DNA of 64,000 bases from Thermoanaerobaculia bacterium. GTDB taxonomy: Bacteria; Acidobacteriota; Thermoanaerobaculia; Multivoradales; Multivoraceae. The translations under genes were made by a program, and so were the position numbers. Positions 45,268 to 55,800 of the stretch are shown here, one piece after another. The notes below the pieces were generated by a model. It did not search any database. It saw only the letters and a list, made by a program, of their open reading frames with translations, and was not told where the DNA came from. The stretch is from contig OY762911.1 in the NCBI GenBank assembly GCA_963666565.1, forward strand, positions 2,208,001-2,272,000, in the 5' to 3' direction. Each line of letters opens with the position of its first letter. Positions within the stretch are counted from its first letter, which is position 1.

Positions 45268-48200
45268 GTGAGGCGCTCTCGCGTCGCGCTGGCGGTGGCT
45301 GGCGCCCTCGGCTTGGCGGGCGTCGGTTCAAGCGCCTTCGGCCAGTCGCCGCAACTCCACCCGGAACATGGGCGCGAACGCAGCCACGTTCGTCACCCGG
45401 CGCCCGCGGTTCTCGACGGTCACGTTCGACCGTTCCAACGCGCCTACGCTCGCAGCTCCACCTCGGCGTCGTCCTCCGGCAGAGTCTCCGTCACCGGGAA
45501 CGGCCAGATCCTCGTGGAACTGGCGCCGGACGAAACGACTGCCCCCAACCTGTTCGATCTCAACGGACGCACCCTGTTCTTCACGCCGGACGGCCGCGGC
45601 GGCTACTCGCGCTCGGTCCGGGCGGTCGAGTGGGAAGACGACATCGGCCCGGCGGTCGCCGACGGCGCCGAGATTTCCTTCGACGGGTTCAGCTTCGACT
45701 TTGGCGGTCGGGCGTGGACCTCGTTCTACGTGAGTTCGCGCGGCGTGCTCACCTTCGGCGAGCGGCTCAGGTACTCGCATGAGGGTCCGAATCGCGGCGA
45801 CACGATGCGGCAGATTCGCACCAAGATGGTGACGACGCCGACGATCAGCGTGCTGCACAAGCCCTTGCTCGGCGGTTTCTGGGGCGGCCATGGAAACAGG
45901 TTGCACGTGGCGAGTTCGACCGACCGGGTCGTCGTCACGTGGATCTCTCACGAGCCCGACTACTACCCGCACGGCGTCCCGCCGGAAAGGCCCACCCGCC
46001 TCCAGACGGTGCTGGCCGCCGACGGAAGCGTCCGCTTCAGCTATCGCGACGTGTCGTTCCGCGACGGGAACGTGGGCCTGTTCGCGGACGGGAGAGTGGT
46101 CAAGGGCAGGCTGATCGGACGCATCGTCGACGGCGCCGACTCCAACCTGCCCGGCCACCTCGACCTGCTGGAAGCCGCGATCTACGAATCGAACACGGAC
46201 GCGGTGATTCTCGAGTTCACGATGAGAGGCTCGATTGGGACGCCGCCCGCGGGATCGGTCTACTCGTACCGTTTCCACTTCGATACTGATCAGCCGTTCT
46301 GGACCGGGCTCGATTTCTCCGACATCGACCTGACCTGGGCGATCGACGTAACGGACACGGGAGAGCGTTGGGTGTGGGGCTCGGGCGTCGGCGGACCGAT
46401 GCAGAGCGACGGCGACAACCGCATCTCCCTGCTCGCGAATCTCGGCGAACTGCAGGGCGCTCCCTCCGCCGTTATCGGCGATGTTGCCGAGTTCGACAGT
46501 GTTTCCTGGGTCGGTGGCCAGGTGTCGCCGCCGGCGACGATCCGTATGCCGGTCATCGCCAGGACCGATTTGTCGAGATCCGATAGCCGGTCTTCCTCGC
46601 GCCAGAGCGAGATGTTTCACTATCAGGCCGTACCGGACCTGCGTTCGGTGACCTGTCGGGTCGTCGAATCCCTGGGCGACGAGTTCGACATGCTGGTGTT
46701 CCACAGCGAGTTCCGCATCGATCATCAGGAGTCCACGACGCCCTTTGTCGGGTACACGGCGAACAGTGCCGAGGGGCTTGGGCTCGATCTCTACGGGGAT
46801 CCTCCTTGCGGTAGGAGGCTCAAGGGCCGGTTTGCTTTGCCGGTCTGGATGCGGGCCAGTGCTGTGCTCGACTCGAGCCAGACGGGAGGGAGGCGTTTCG
46901 ACCACGGCCGGAGCCTGTTCGCGCACGAGTTCATTCACACCTGGACCGCCAGACTGTCGTACGTCCGCCGCGGCATGCGGGAACCGCTCTTCGGCGACTA
47001 CTGTCAGTGTCACTGGCGCGAGGAGCTTCACGCGCCAGCGGCGTTTCCGTGGCGTCCGGAGCACCCCGGACCGATGTCGATCATGGGCGGGACGCACTGG
47101 ATCGAAAACTCGAACGGTACGTTTACGCCGCAGAGAGGCTACTTCGAGGGTGGCCCTTCATGGCTCGATCTCTACGCGATGGGGCTGGCCGCCGCGAGCG
47201 AAGTGCCCGACATGTTCATCCTGAGAAACCCGGAACCCGTCAGGGAGGGGGAGTGGTGGGGACCGCATACGGGCGATCGGGAGTGGGTGTCGATCGAGCA
47301 GGTCATAGCGGCCGAGGGCCCGCGGAAGCCGTCCGCGCGGAATGCGCAGAAGAACTTCAACACGGGCTTCGTCTACCTGGTGGCGCCGGGAGAGACGCCC
47401 GACAACGAGATGCTTCGGCTGCACGCGCAGCACCGGGAAAGGTGGTCGAGCACTGGAACCACGTCACTGGCGGGAGATCCCGGATGACCGCGAACGTCAC
47501 GGGCGGTTCCGTCGATCCCGAACCCGAACCGCCTCCGGGCGACGGCGACTGCGTGGCAGGGGAGGAGACCCTGTGCCTGCAGAACGGCCGCTTCAAAGTG
47601 GAGGTCGACTGGTGGACGGCAGGCGGCGAGCCCTCCGCCGCGATCGTCGTGCCCAAGGGAACCGACGACTCGGGTCTGTTCCGTTTCTTCGACCCGACAA
47701 ACTGGGAGATGTTGATCAAGGTGCTGGACGGCTGCGGCGTGAACGAGCACGTCTGGGTCTACGGCGCTTCGACGACGGATCTCGGGTACGCGATCCGCGT
47801 GCGGGATACGGTCACCAACGCGGTCGCCAGGTACCGGAACGAAGCGGGCGAGCCGGCAAGGGCGATCACGGACAACAAGGCGTTTTCGGCGGCCTGTGGA
47901 GAAGGAAGCCTCGCCGAGGCTCTCGCGGACGGCGAGACCGGGGCGCGGTTGCCGGAGCCACATCGGAACCGCGCGCCGCTTGTCTCCGCGGCGTCGGGAT
48001 CGGCCAACTGCACGCCGAGCGGCACATCCCTGTGTCTGGCGGACGGCCGTTTCGAGGTGACCGTGGACTGGTCCACGGCGGACGGGAGGCGCGGCAGCGG
48101 CGGCGCGGTACCGGGCACGAGCAACTCCGGCCTCTTCTACTTCTTCGGAGAGGACAACTGGGAGATGCTGGTCAAGGTGTTGGACGGCTGCGGCGTGAAC

Positions 48201-48362
48201 GAGCATCACTGGGTCTACGCAGCAGCCGCCACGGACCTGGGGCTGGACATCGCGATGACGGATACGGCGACCGGCGCGGCATCGACGTACTCCAAGGAAC
48301 CTGGCGCCCCGGCGCCCGCGATCACCGCAAACGACGCGTTCGCCGGCAGTTGCCGGCCGTAG
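45268..48362 (+). pseudogene. Secreted HExxH metallopeptidase-like protein with two C-terminal 'DGC' domains; frameshifted near 47438 (ORFs 45268-47487 and ~47440-48362)
   Basis: Signal peptide; AHEFIHTW and MSIMG; reading continues sensibly HRE|KVVEHWNHVTGGRS in the -1 frame; FFxxxNWEMLxKVLDGCGVN occurs twice. Confidence 0.75.
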
Positions 48363-48413
48363 GAGTACTCCCAGCGCGACTCCGCTGCGCTGGCGCCAAG
48401 GGAACGGGCCCTC

Positions 48414-48451
48414 AGCTCGGTACGCGGGTCTTCTGAGCCGCTGCCGCCGGA
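48414..48451 (+). repeat. Degenerate REP-like family A copy
   Basis: GGTACGCGGGTCTTCTGAGCCGCTGCCGCCG. Confidence 0.6.
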
Positions 48452-48721
48452 CCGCCAGGAGATCGTGCCGGCCGCCAGGCTGGCTGTGGGCAGTTCCATG
48501 CAAGCCTGCGGCAGACGCCGGGTGGGCCGGCTTTCGGGCCCTCTGCCACGCCAGGCGGAAGCGAAAGCGGCGAGGCTGGCCTGGTGGCGCGCTCGTCGCC
48601 GGGCTTGGCGAGCCGTAGCCACGTCGAAGCGGCGCAACCGTCCCTCACCCCGGTTGCGCGGCGGGATTCCGTCTATGTCTGTAGGCGGCGCAGTCTGCGC
48701 CGTCAATGCCCAGACCTCGCG

Positions 48722-49738
48722 ATGCCCGAGAAACCGAAATCACCCAGTCAGCCGAGGCAGATCGCCCAGCCGCACGACGCCCTGTTCCGGCGCGTGTTCT
48801 CCGAGCCGGCGCAGGCTGCCGCGCTGTTGCGCGAGACCCTGCCCCCGGCTGTGCGGGACCGCTTCGCCTGGAACACGCTGAGACGCCTCCCCGACACCTT
48901 CGTCGACGAACGGCTCCGGCGGACCGAATCCGATCTCCTGTTCGAGGTCGACCGGCCGGGCGGCGAACCGCCGGCGCGGCTCTACGTGTTGATCGAGCAT
49001 CAGTCCTCGCCCGACCCGTTCATGGCGCTTCGTCTGCTGCGTTACTGCACGAGCATTCTGGAGGCGGCCGTCCGCGAGGCCCCGGAGCGGAAGCGGCTGC
49101 CGCCGGTTCTTCCCGTGGTGTTCCACCAGGGGCGGCGTCCCTGGCCGTATCGGGCGTCTCTTGACGGGCTCTTGGGGGAGTCGGCGCGGGAGTTGCCATG
49201 GGGTCCCCGGCTCGACTTCCTGCTGCTGGACCAGGGCGCCGGCGGGCCGTCCGCGGTGGCGGGCTCGCCTCTGGGTCGGCTGGCCCAGTATCTGATGCTC
49301 GCCGTCTCGGGGCCGGAGTCCGAGCGGTCGGCGGCTCTTGAGCGGGCGGTGGAGTTGATGCGAGACTTGTGGTCGGCCGATAGGCCGGAGGACATCGAGG
49401 CCATCTACACGTACGTGTTCCACGGAAGGGAGGACCCGGCCATGATGAAGGAGGTCGAAGCGATGCTGGAGGAGATCGAGGCCAGGGGTCCGGACAGTGA
49501 GTTGAAGAGCTTGGGCCAGTTGATCTGGGAGAGAGGCCAGAGAAGAGGCCGGGCGGAAGGCCGTGCGGAGGGCCGCTCCGAAGCCGTTCGGCTCGGCGAA
49601 CGTCGCGCCACGGTTGCGACGGTGGAGGGCTTCCTGCGGGCCGGCGTGGACTGGCCGGTGATCGAGTCGGCGACCGGCCTCGACCGGGGCGGCTTCGACG
49701 CGCTCAAGGAGAAGCTGGGCCCCGAACGGCCCGGATAG
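48722..49738 (+). CDS. Rpn-family recombination-promoting nuclease / putative transposase (copy 2)
   Basis: Near-identical to 42807-43832 over the first ~220 aa; shares the ~70-bp upstream sequence. Confidence 0.93.
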   Translation: MPEKPKSPSQPRQIAQPHDALFRRVFSEPAQAAALLRETLPPAVRDRFAWNTLRRLPDTFVDERLRRTESDLLFEVDRPGGEPPARLYVLIEHQSSPDPFMALRLLRYCTSILEAAVREAPERKRLPPVLPVVFHQGRRPWPYRASLDGLLGESARELPWGPRLDFLLLDQGAGGPSAVAGSPLGRLAQYLMLAVSGPESERSAALERAVELMRDLWSADRPEDIEAIYTYVFHGREDPAMMKEVEAMLEEIEARGPDSELKSLGQLIWERGQRRGRAEGRAEGRSEAVRLGERRATVATVEGFLRAGVDWPVIESATGLDRGGFDALKEKLGPERPG

Positions 49739-49745
49739 GCGGCCC

Positions 49746-50638
49746 ATGCTCACGGCACCCGTTACAGACGTAGCCGCCTTTCAGATTCTGGGCCCCAGGA
49801 AGCGGCAGGAAGACGTAGCGCTTCATGTCCGTCTTGGCCGCGGGCGGCTTCTAGTCGTTGCCGACGGCATGGGCGGCGAGCCGACAGGAGACGTCGCGGC
49901 GATGTCCGCGGTCCTCGGATTCGAAAAGGGGTTTGGCGTGCCGCCGGACGAGGCGGAGAGGAACATGCCGTGGGCGGCGCGGTTCATGGACGGCCTGCGC
50001 GGTGCCCTCGACGCGATGAAGGAAGCGCTGGACAGCGGAGAGGGCAAGGACGGCATGGCGACTACGCTGGCCGCGGTATGGGTGGACCCGGACGGGATTC
50101 GCTGGCTGAGCGTCGGTGACTGCGGCATCTGGGAGATCCGCGGATACGGCGAGGATCCCCCGCTACGCCTCAACGCTCGACACGGCAAGGGCAACGACGT
50201 GAAATCAGCCCTGTTGGCCAGAGGTTCGGGCCCTTCCACGAGCGGTCGATAGAGGCCGAGTTCTGCGTCGCCGCGATCGATCTGCACCCCGGCCCCCGCT
50301 CCCTGAAATCGGGCGGGCTGTTGGTGGGAAGCGACGGGTTGGACGTTCTCGGAAGTCCCGACACGGTCGGCGGCTGGAAGGAGACGGCGCCGACGCCAGA
50401 TTGGGTTCGGCAGTCGACGGAGGAGGAGTACACGCAGGTACCGCGGGAATGGAAGCGGGCGTTTCGCGAGATGAACCCGCGGGAGCTTCTCTCCCGCATC
50501 GAGTCCGTGCTCACGGCGGGTGCCGCGGGAGACAACACGACCGCCATCGCGCTGCGAAACAGGCCTACCCGCGACGAACGGTATGTCCCGGTGTCCGATG
50601 TGCCGGAGCGCGAACCTCTGGGCGGCGACCCGACCTGA
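49746..50638 (+). pseudogene. PP2C-family Ser/Thr protein phosphatase, frameshifted near 50216
   Basis: RQED, VVADGMGG and ATTL in the first frame; LLVGSDGL and GDNTTAI in the -1 frame. Confidence 0.8.
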
Positions 50639-50735
50639 AGCGCGGGCGCGTCGTCCACGGTGGCGGGTTCGCCTCCGGGACGCCTGGTCCAGCGGGGTAG
50701 AGTGCTCCCGTGAGAGAACGACAGGCTTCGGTCGG

Positions 50736-51749
50736 GTGACCGTGTTCGCCGAGAAGCCGCGAGGCGCAAGGCATGGCAGGGCCGCCAACGAAGCGAGTTC
50801 GCGCCTGACGAGCACTCGGGCAGCCATCGGGAGTGAACGACGCCTGCGCCTGGACGGGAACCGGGACTGGGTCATCCACGCCGACAACGCCGACGTGCTC
50901 CCCGCCCTTCCCGACGAGTTCTTTCGCCTGATCTACATCGACCCGCCCTTCAACACCGGCAAGGTCCAGCAGCGGAAGGAGATCTCGACTGTCCGCTCCC
51001 ACGAGGGTGACCGGGTCGGGTTCGGCGGCAGGCGGTACCGCACGGTCGAGCTTGGCACTACGTCCTATGAGGACGCTTTCGACGATTACCTCGAGTTCAT
51101 CGGGCCGCGTCTGGAGCAGGCTCGCCGGCTGCTGACTCTCGATGGCACGCTCTACCTGCACCTCGACCAGAGGGAAGCTCACTACTGCAAGGTGCTGCTC
51201 GACCGGATCTTCGGACGCGAGTGCTTCGTGAACGAGATCATCTGGGCCTACGACTACGGCGGGCGCTCGCGCCGCAGGTGGCCTGCCAAACACGACACGA
51301 TCCTCGTCTACGCCAGGGATCCCGAGCGCTACTTCTTCGACCAGGACGCGATCGAACGGATCCCGTACATGGCCCCCGGCCTCGTGTCGAAGGCCAAGGC
51401 CGAGCGCGGGAAGCTCCCCACGGACGTTTGGTGGCACACGATCGTGCCGACGAATGGCAAGGAGAAGACGGGCTACGCTTCCCAGAAACCGGAGGGCATC
51501 CTGCGAAGGATCCTGAGCGCGTCGTCGCAGGAGAGGAACTGGGTCCTCGACTTCTTCGCCGGATCAGGGACGGCGGCGGCTGTGGCACAGAAGATGGGCC
51601 GGCGCTTCGTGATGGTCGACAGGAACGACGAGGCCATTGCCGTCATGGCCGACCGTCTGGGGACGGCGGGCGTCAGATACGTGGACCGTCATTTCCGTCG
51701 CTTGACGGTCCAGGCGAATGACTCCGAACAGTTGGGCCTGTTGCCGTGA
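50736..51749 (+). CDS. Site-specific DNA methyltransferase (N6-A/N4-C, beta class)
   Basis: IYIDPPFNTG catalytic motif ahead of QKPE and the VLDFFAGSGT SAM-binding motif. Start uncertain. Confidence 0.92.
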   Translation: MTVFAEKPRGARHGRAANEASSRLTSTRAAIGSERRLRLDGNRDWVIHADNADVLPALPDEFFRLIYIDPPFNTGKVQQRKEISTVRSHEGDRVGFGGRRYRTVELGTTSYEDAFDDYLEFIGPRLEQARRLLTLDGTLYLHLDQREAHYCKVLLDRIFGRECFVNEIIWAYDYGGRSRRRWPAKHDTILVYARDPERYFFDQDAIERIPYMAPGLVSKAKAERGKLPTDVWWHTIVPTNGKEKTGYASQKPEGILRRILSASSQERNWVLDFFAGSGTAAAVAQKMGRRFVMVDRNDEAIAVMADRLGTAGVRYVDRHFRRLTVQANDSEQLGLLP

Positions 51750-52303
51750 AAGAGCTCGTAGCGTCGATCACCGATCCGGAAGTGCGGGAACTGGCGCTGT
51801 ACGCGGGGCTGCTCCGGGACGAGTACGCGAAGGACGAACCGGACCCCTGGCGGGACAGCCCGTTCGGCTGGATCAAGAACCGCCCTTCCAGACAGGTCGG
51901 TGCCATCGGTGAGCGGTTGGTGGCTGCATGGTGCGCGGCGAAGGACTTCGACGTCGTGAAGTCGCCCGACTCGGAGGCCGACCGGCTCATCGAGGGCCAC
52001 CGAGTCGAGATCAAGTTCTCCACGCTATGGACGGGTGGCGGGTACAAGTTCCAGCAGATTCGCGATCAGAACTACGAGTACCTCTTCGCCTTGGGGATCT
52101 CCCCGTTCGACGCGCACGCCTGGGTGATTCCCAAGTACGTCCTGAAGCAGTACGTGATCGGTCACATGGGTCAACACACGGGCGCAACCGCGACCGACAC
52201 GTCATGGCTCTCGGTCAAGGTGGGCGAGGAACCTGAGTGGCTGGCGGAATGCGGAGGCTCGCTGGCGAAGGTCCGCGACCTCCTTGCTGCAATGGACCGC
52301 TGA
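51746..52303 (+). CDS. Putative PD-(D/E)xK restriction endonuclease partner
   Basis: GTGA overlap with the MTase; GAIGE...EADRLIEGHRVEIKFS. Confidence 0.7.
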   Translation: MKELVASITDPEVRELALYAGLLRDEYAKDEPDPWRDSPFGWIKNRPSRQVGAIGERLVAAWCAAKDFDVVKSPDSEADRLIEGHRVEIKFSTLWTGGGYKFQQIRDQNYEYLFALGISPFDAHAWVIPKYVLKQYVIGHMGQHTGATATDTSWLSVKVGEEPEWLAECGGSLAKVRDLLAAMDR

Positions 52304-52340
52304 GAATGGCGGTGGACGCCCCCGGAAGCGCTCGAACCCT

Positions 52341-52500
52341 CGGCACGGCTCTACGTGCTGATCGAGCACCAGTCCTCGCCGTCCCGGGACTGGAGTCCCG
52401 AGCCGGCGTGGACTGGCGCGTGATCGAGTCGGCGACCGGCCTCGACCGGGGCGGCTTCGACGCGCTCAAGGAGAAACTGGCTTCGGACCGGCTCGGATAG
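52341..52500 (+). pseudogene. Rpn remnant (internal deletion)
   Basis: CGGCTCTACGTGCTGATCGAGCACCAGTCCTCGCC (ARLYVLIEHQSS) joined to the C-terminal AGVDWRVIESATGLDRGGFDALKEKL segment. Confidence 0.85.
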
Positions 52501-52566
52501 GCGGCGGGGACGCCGGGGCGACGGTCGAGAACGCGGCGGACCGTGGCAGAACCTGCGGAGTGGCGA

Positions 52567-52803
52567 TCACTGCATCGCTTCCGACTCATTCTCGATCAGC
52601 GCCTCGGTTTTTCCGCGGAAGTCGAAGTCCGGCACGATCACTTGCGGTTTGAACGTGATCCTGTGGTGATACGCGCTCACGTCTCCTGGACTGAGCTGCT
52701 CCGCGAAGTACGTGACGTTGTCCGACAGGCCGAGGAAGTGCTTGAGATGGAACGGTGTTTGGATCTGCCTCTGAATCGGACCGCTGGTGTAGGGGTTGCG
52801 CGG
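52567..52803 (-). pseudogene. Start-less C-terminal fragment resembling a phage-type lipoprotein
   Basis: Translates KHFLGLSDNVTYFAEQL...VSAYHHRITFKPQVIVPD; lower GC. Family recalled from memory, not searched. Confidence 0.5.
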
Positions 52804-55800
52804 TCACCGGAAGTCGTGGCTCGGGATCCGCTCCAGGCGGTCGATGGGCCAGAACTTGTCTCCCTTGACGGACAGCGAACCGTCCTTCTTCTGCAGCACG
52901 CCTTCGACGATCAGGCCGGAGGAGGAGACGATCGTTCGCCGGTGTTTCTTGAGCTGGTCCGGCATGACGACCGCTTGGCTCATCCCCGTCTCGTCTTCCA
53001 GGGTCAGGAAGAGCAGGCCGCGGGCGGTGCCGGGGCGCTGGCGGACGATGACGGAACCGGCGGTGCGCACGCGGCGGCCGGCGGGCCGGTCGGGGAGCTT
53101 GGCGGCGGGGACGACGCGGCGGCGGTCGAGCGCGCGGCGGTAGTACTCCATCGGGTGCGGCCCGGTGGTCATCGAGGCGACCGCGAAATCGGCTGCGGTC
53201 TCTTCCATCGGCGTCATCTCGGCGAGCGGCGACGGGATGGCGGTCGAGAGACCGGCGAACAGCGGTCCCTTCGGCTTCTCGACCTGGGCCGCCTGCCACA
53301 GGGCCGCGCGCCGGCCGAGGCTTTCGCCCAGTCCGCCGAGTGCGCCGAGGGACGCCAGCGCCACGAGTTCGTTCCGGCGCAGGCGGCCGCGCTCGGCCAG
53401 ATCCTCGATGCTCGCGAACCGCCTCGCCGCCTGCTCGGCCTCGATCCGTTCCGCCGCTTCGCGCCGCAAGCCCTTGACGAAGCGCAGCCCGAGGCGGATC
53501 GCGCCCGCCGGGGGCGGCTCGCCCGGCCCTGGCGCCTCGCCGCCCGCGGCGTCGCCCGGCCCTGGCGCCTCGCCGCCCGCGGCGTCGCCCGGCCCTGGCG
53601 CCTCGCCGCCCGCGGCGTCGCCCGGCGAGAACCCTGGTGGCGCGAGCCGTGCCACCAGCGAACCACTCCGTGCGCCCGTCAGTCGGGCGCACGGATGGCA
53701 CGCCGGCGCACCCGGTTCGCCGGCGTCCTCCGGCCGGTCCTGCCAGCGGCACCTCACTCCTGACTCGTTCACGTCGATCGGCAGCACTGCGCTGCCCGCC
53801 CGCTGGGCCTCGCGGACCAGGGTCGCCGGGTGGTAGAAGCCCATCGGCCAGGCGTTCAGGAGCGACAGGAAGAAGGCGGTCGGGTGGTGGCGCTTGAGGT
53901 AGGCGCTGGCGTAGGCGATCAGGGCGAAGCTGGCGGAGTGCGACTCGGGGAAGCCGTAGAGCGCGAACGAGGTGATCGCCTTGACGATCTGTTCCTGGGC
54001 CTCGCCCGCGATGCCGCGTTCGTTCATCCCCGAGCGCAGCCGCTGCTCGATCTCGTGCATGCGCTCGACGGAGCGCTTGAAGCCCATCGCCCGTCGCAGG
54101 TCCTCCGCCTCGCCGCCGGAGAAACCGGCCGCGACCATGGCGACCTTCAGGATCTGCTCTTGGAAGATCGGCACGCCGAGGGTGCGGCGCAGGATCGGTT
54201 CGAGCAGCGGGTGGGGGTAGGAGACCTCCTCGCGGCCGACCCGGCGCTCGAAGAAGGGATGCGCGATGCCGCCGACGATCGGGCCGGGACGGATGATCGC
54301 GATCTGGATCACCAGGTCGTAGAACCTGTACGGCTTGTGGCGCGGCAGGGACGCCATCTGCGCCCGGCTCTCGATCTGGAAGACCCCGACCGTGTCGGCG
54401 CGGCAGATCATCTCGTAGGTCGCCGGGTCGTCGGGCGGCAGGTGGGCGAGGTCGATCTCCTTCTTCTCGTGGCGGCGGATCAGGGGCACCGCCTCTTCCA
54501 GCGCGTTCAGCATGCCGAGGCCGAGCAGGTCGACCTTGATCAGCCCCAGGTCGGCGCAGTCGTCCTTGTCCCACTGGACGATGACCCGGTTCTCCATCGC
54601 CGCCGGTTCGAGCGGCACGATCTCGTCGAGCCGCCCGGCGCAGAGCACCATGCCGCCCGAGTGCTGGCCCAGGTGGCGGGGATGGTTCTGGAGCTGCCGC
54701 CACAGGCGGACGAAGATCCGGATGCGCCGGTCGCGGGGGTCGAACCCGAGCTCGGTGAGCTCCTCGTCCATCTCCTTGCTGTCGCCGCGGGAGAGGTCGT
54801 AGTGCCAGTGGCCGAGCCCCTTGGCCAGCCGGTCGACCTGGGACTTGGAGCACCCCAGCGCCTTGGCCGCCTCGCGCGCGGCCATGCGGTCGCGGTAGGT
54901 GATCACGTTCGCGGTCATCGCCGCGCCGTGCCGGCCGTAACGCCGGTAGACGTACTGGATCACCTTCTCGCGCTGGTCGCCGGACGGCAGGTCGATGTCG
55001 ATGTCCGGCCATTCGCCCCGCTCCTCGGACAGGAAGCGCTCGAACAGCAGGTCCATCTTCACCGGATCGACCGCGGTGATCGAGAGCGCGTAGCAGACGG
55101 CGGAGTTGGCGGCCGAGCCGCGGCCCTGGGCGAGGATCCGCTGCTCCTTGCAGAAGCGGACGACGTCCCAGACGATCAGGAAGTAGCCGGCGAGGTCGAG
55201 CTTCTCGATCAGCGCGAGCTCCTTCTCGAGCTGCGCCCCGGCCTTGGCGGTCAGCAGCCGGAAGCGTTCCCGCGCTCCCTGCCAGGTCAGTTCGCGCAGG
55301 TGCGAGATCGGCGTCTCGCCCTCGGGAACCGGGTAGTCCGGGAAGCGGTAGCCGAGGTCGGCGAGGGTGAAGTCGAGCTCCACGGCCAGTTCGTGCGCGG
55401 CGTGGACGGCGCGGGGGAGATCGGCGAACAGGCGGTGCATCTCCTCCGGGCTCCTCAGGCGGCGCTGGCGCTCGCGGGCGAGGCGGGCGCCGGCGTCGTC
55501 GACCGTCACGTGGTGCCGGATCGCGGTCATCAGGTCGTGGAGGGGCTTGTCGCGGGCCGCGGCGTAGCGCACGCCGCCGGTGGCGACGACCGGCACCCGG
55601 AGCCTGTCCGCCAGCCGGACCAGGGCCTGGTTGCGGTGTTCCTCGGCGCGGATGCCGTGGCGCGAGAGTTCCACGTGCAGGCGGCCGGGGAAGACGGCGT
55701 ACAGGCGTTCGAGCTGGCGCCCGGCCGCTTCCAGCCCTTCCCGCGCCAGCGCCCGCCCGACCGGGTCGGTTTCGGCGCCGGCCAGGCAGTGGAGACCTTC

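Noticed and set aside
47435-47441. GGGAAAG as a programmed -1 frameshift site
   Set aside because: The heptamer is not phased X XXY YYZ in the upstream frame (which reads CGG GAA AGG); a simple deletion explains it better.
52780-52806. Selenocysteine readthrough of the dnaE2 TGA into the downstream open frame
   Set aside because: DnaE2 ends at its normal SHDFR-type terminus, no SECIS-like hairpin follows, and frame coincidence has a 1-in-3 chance.
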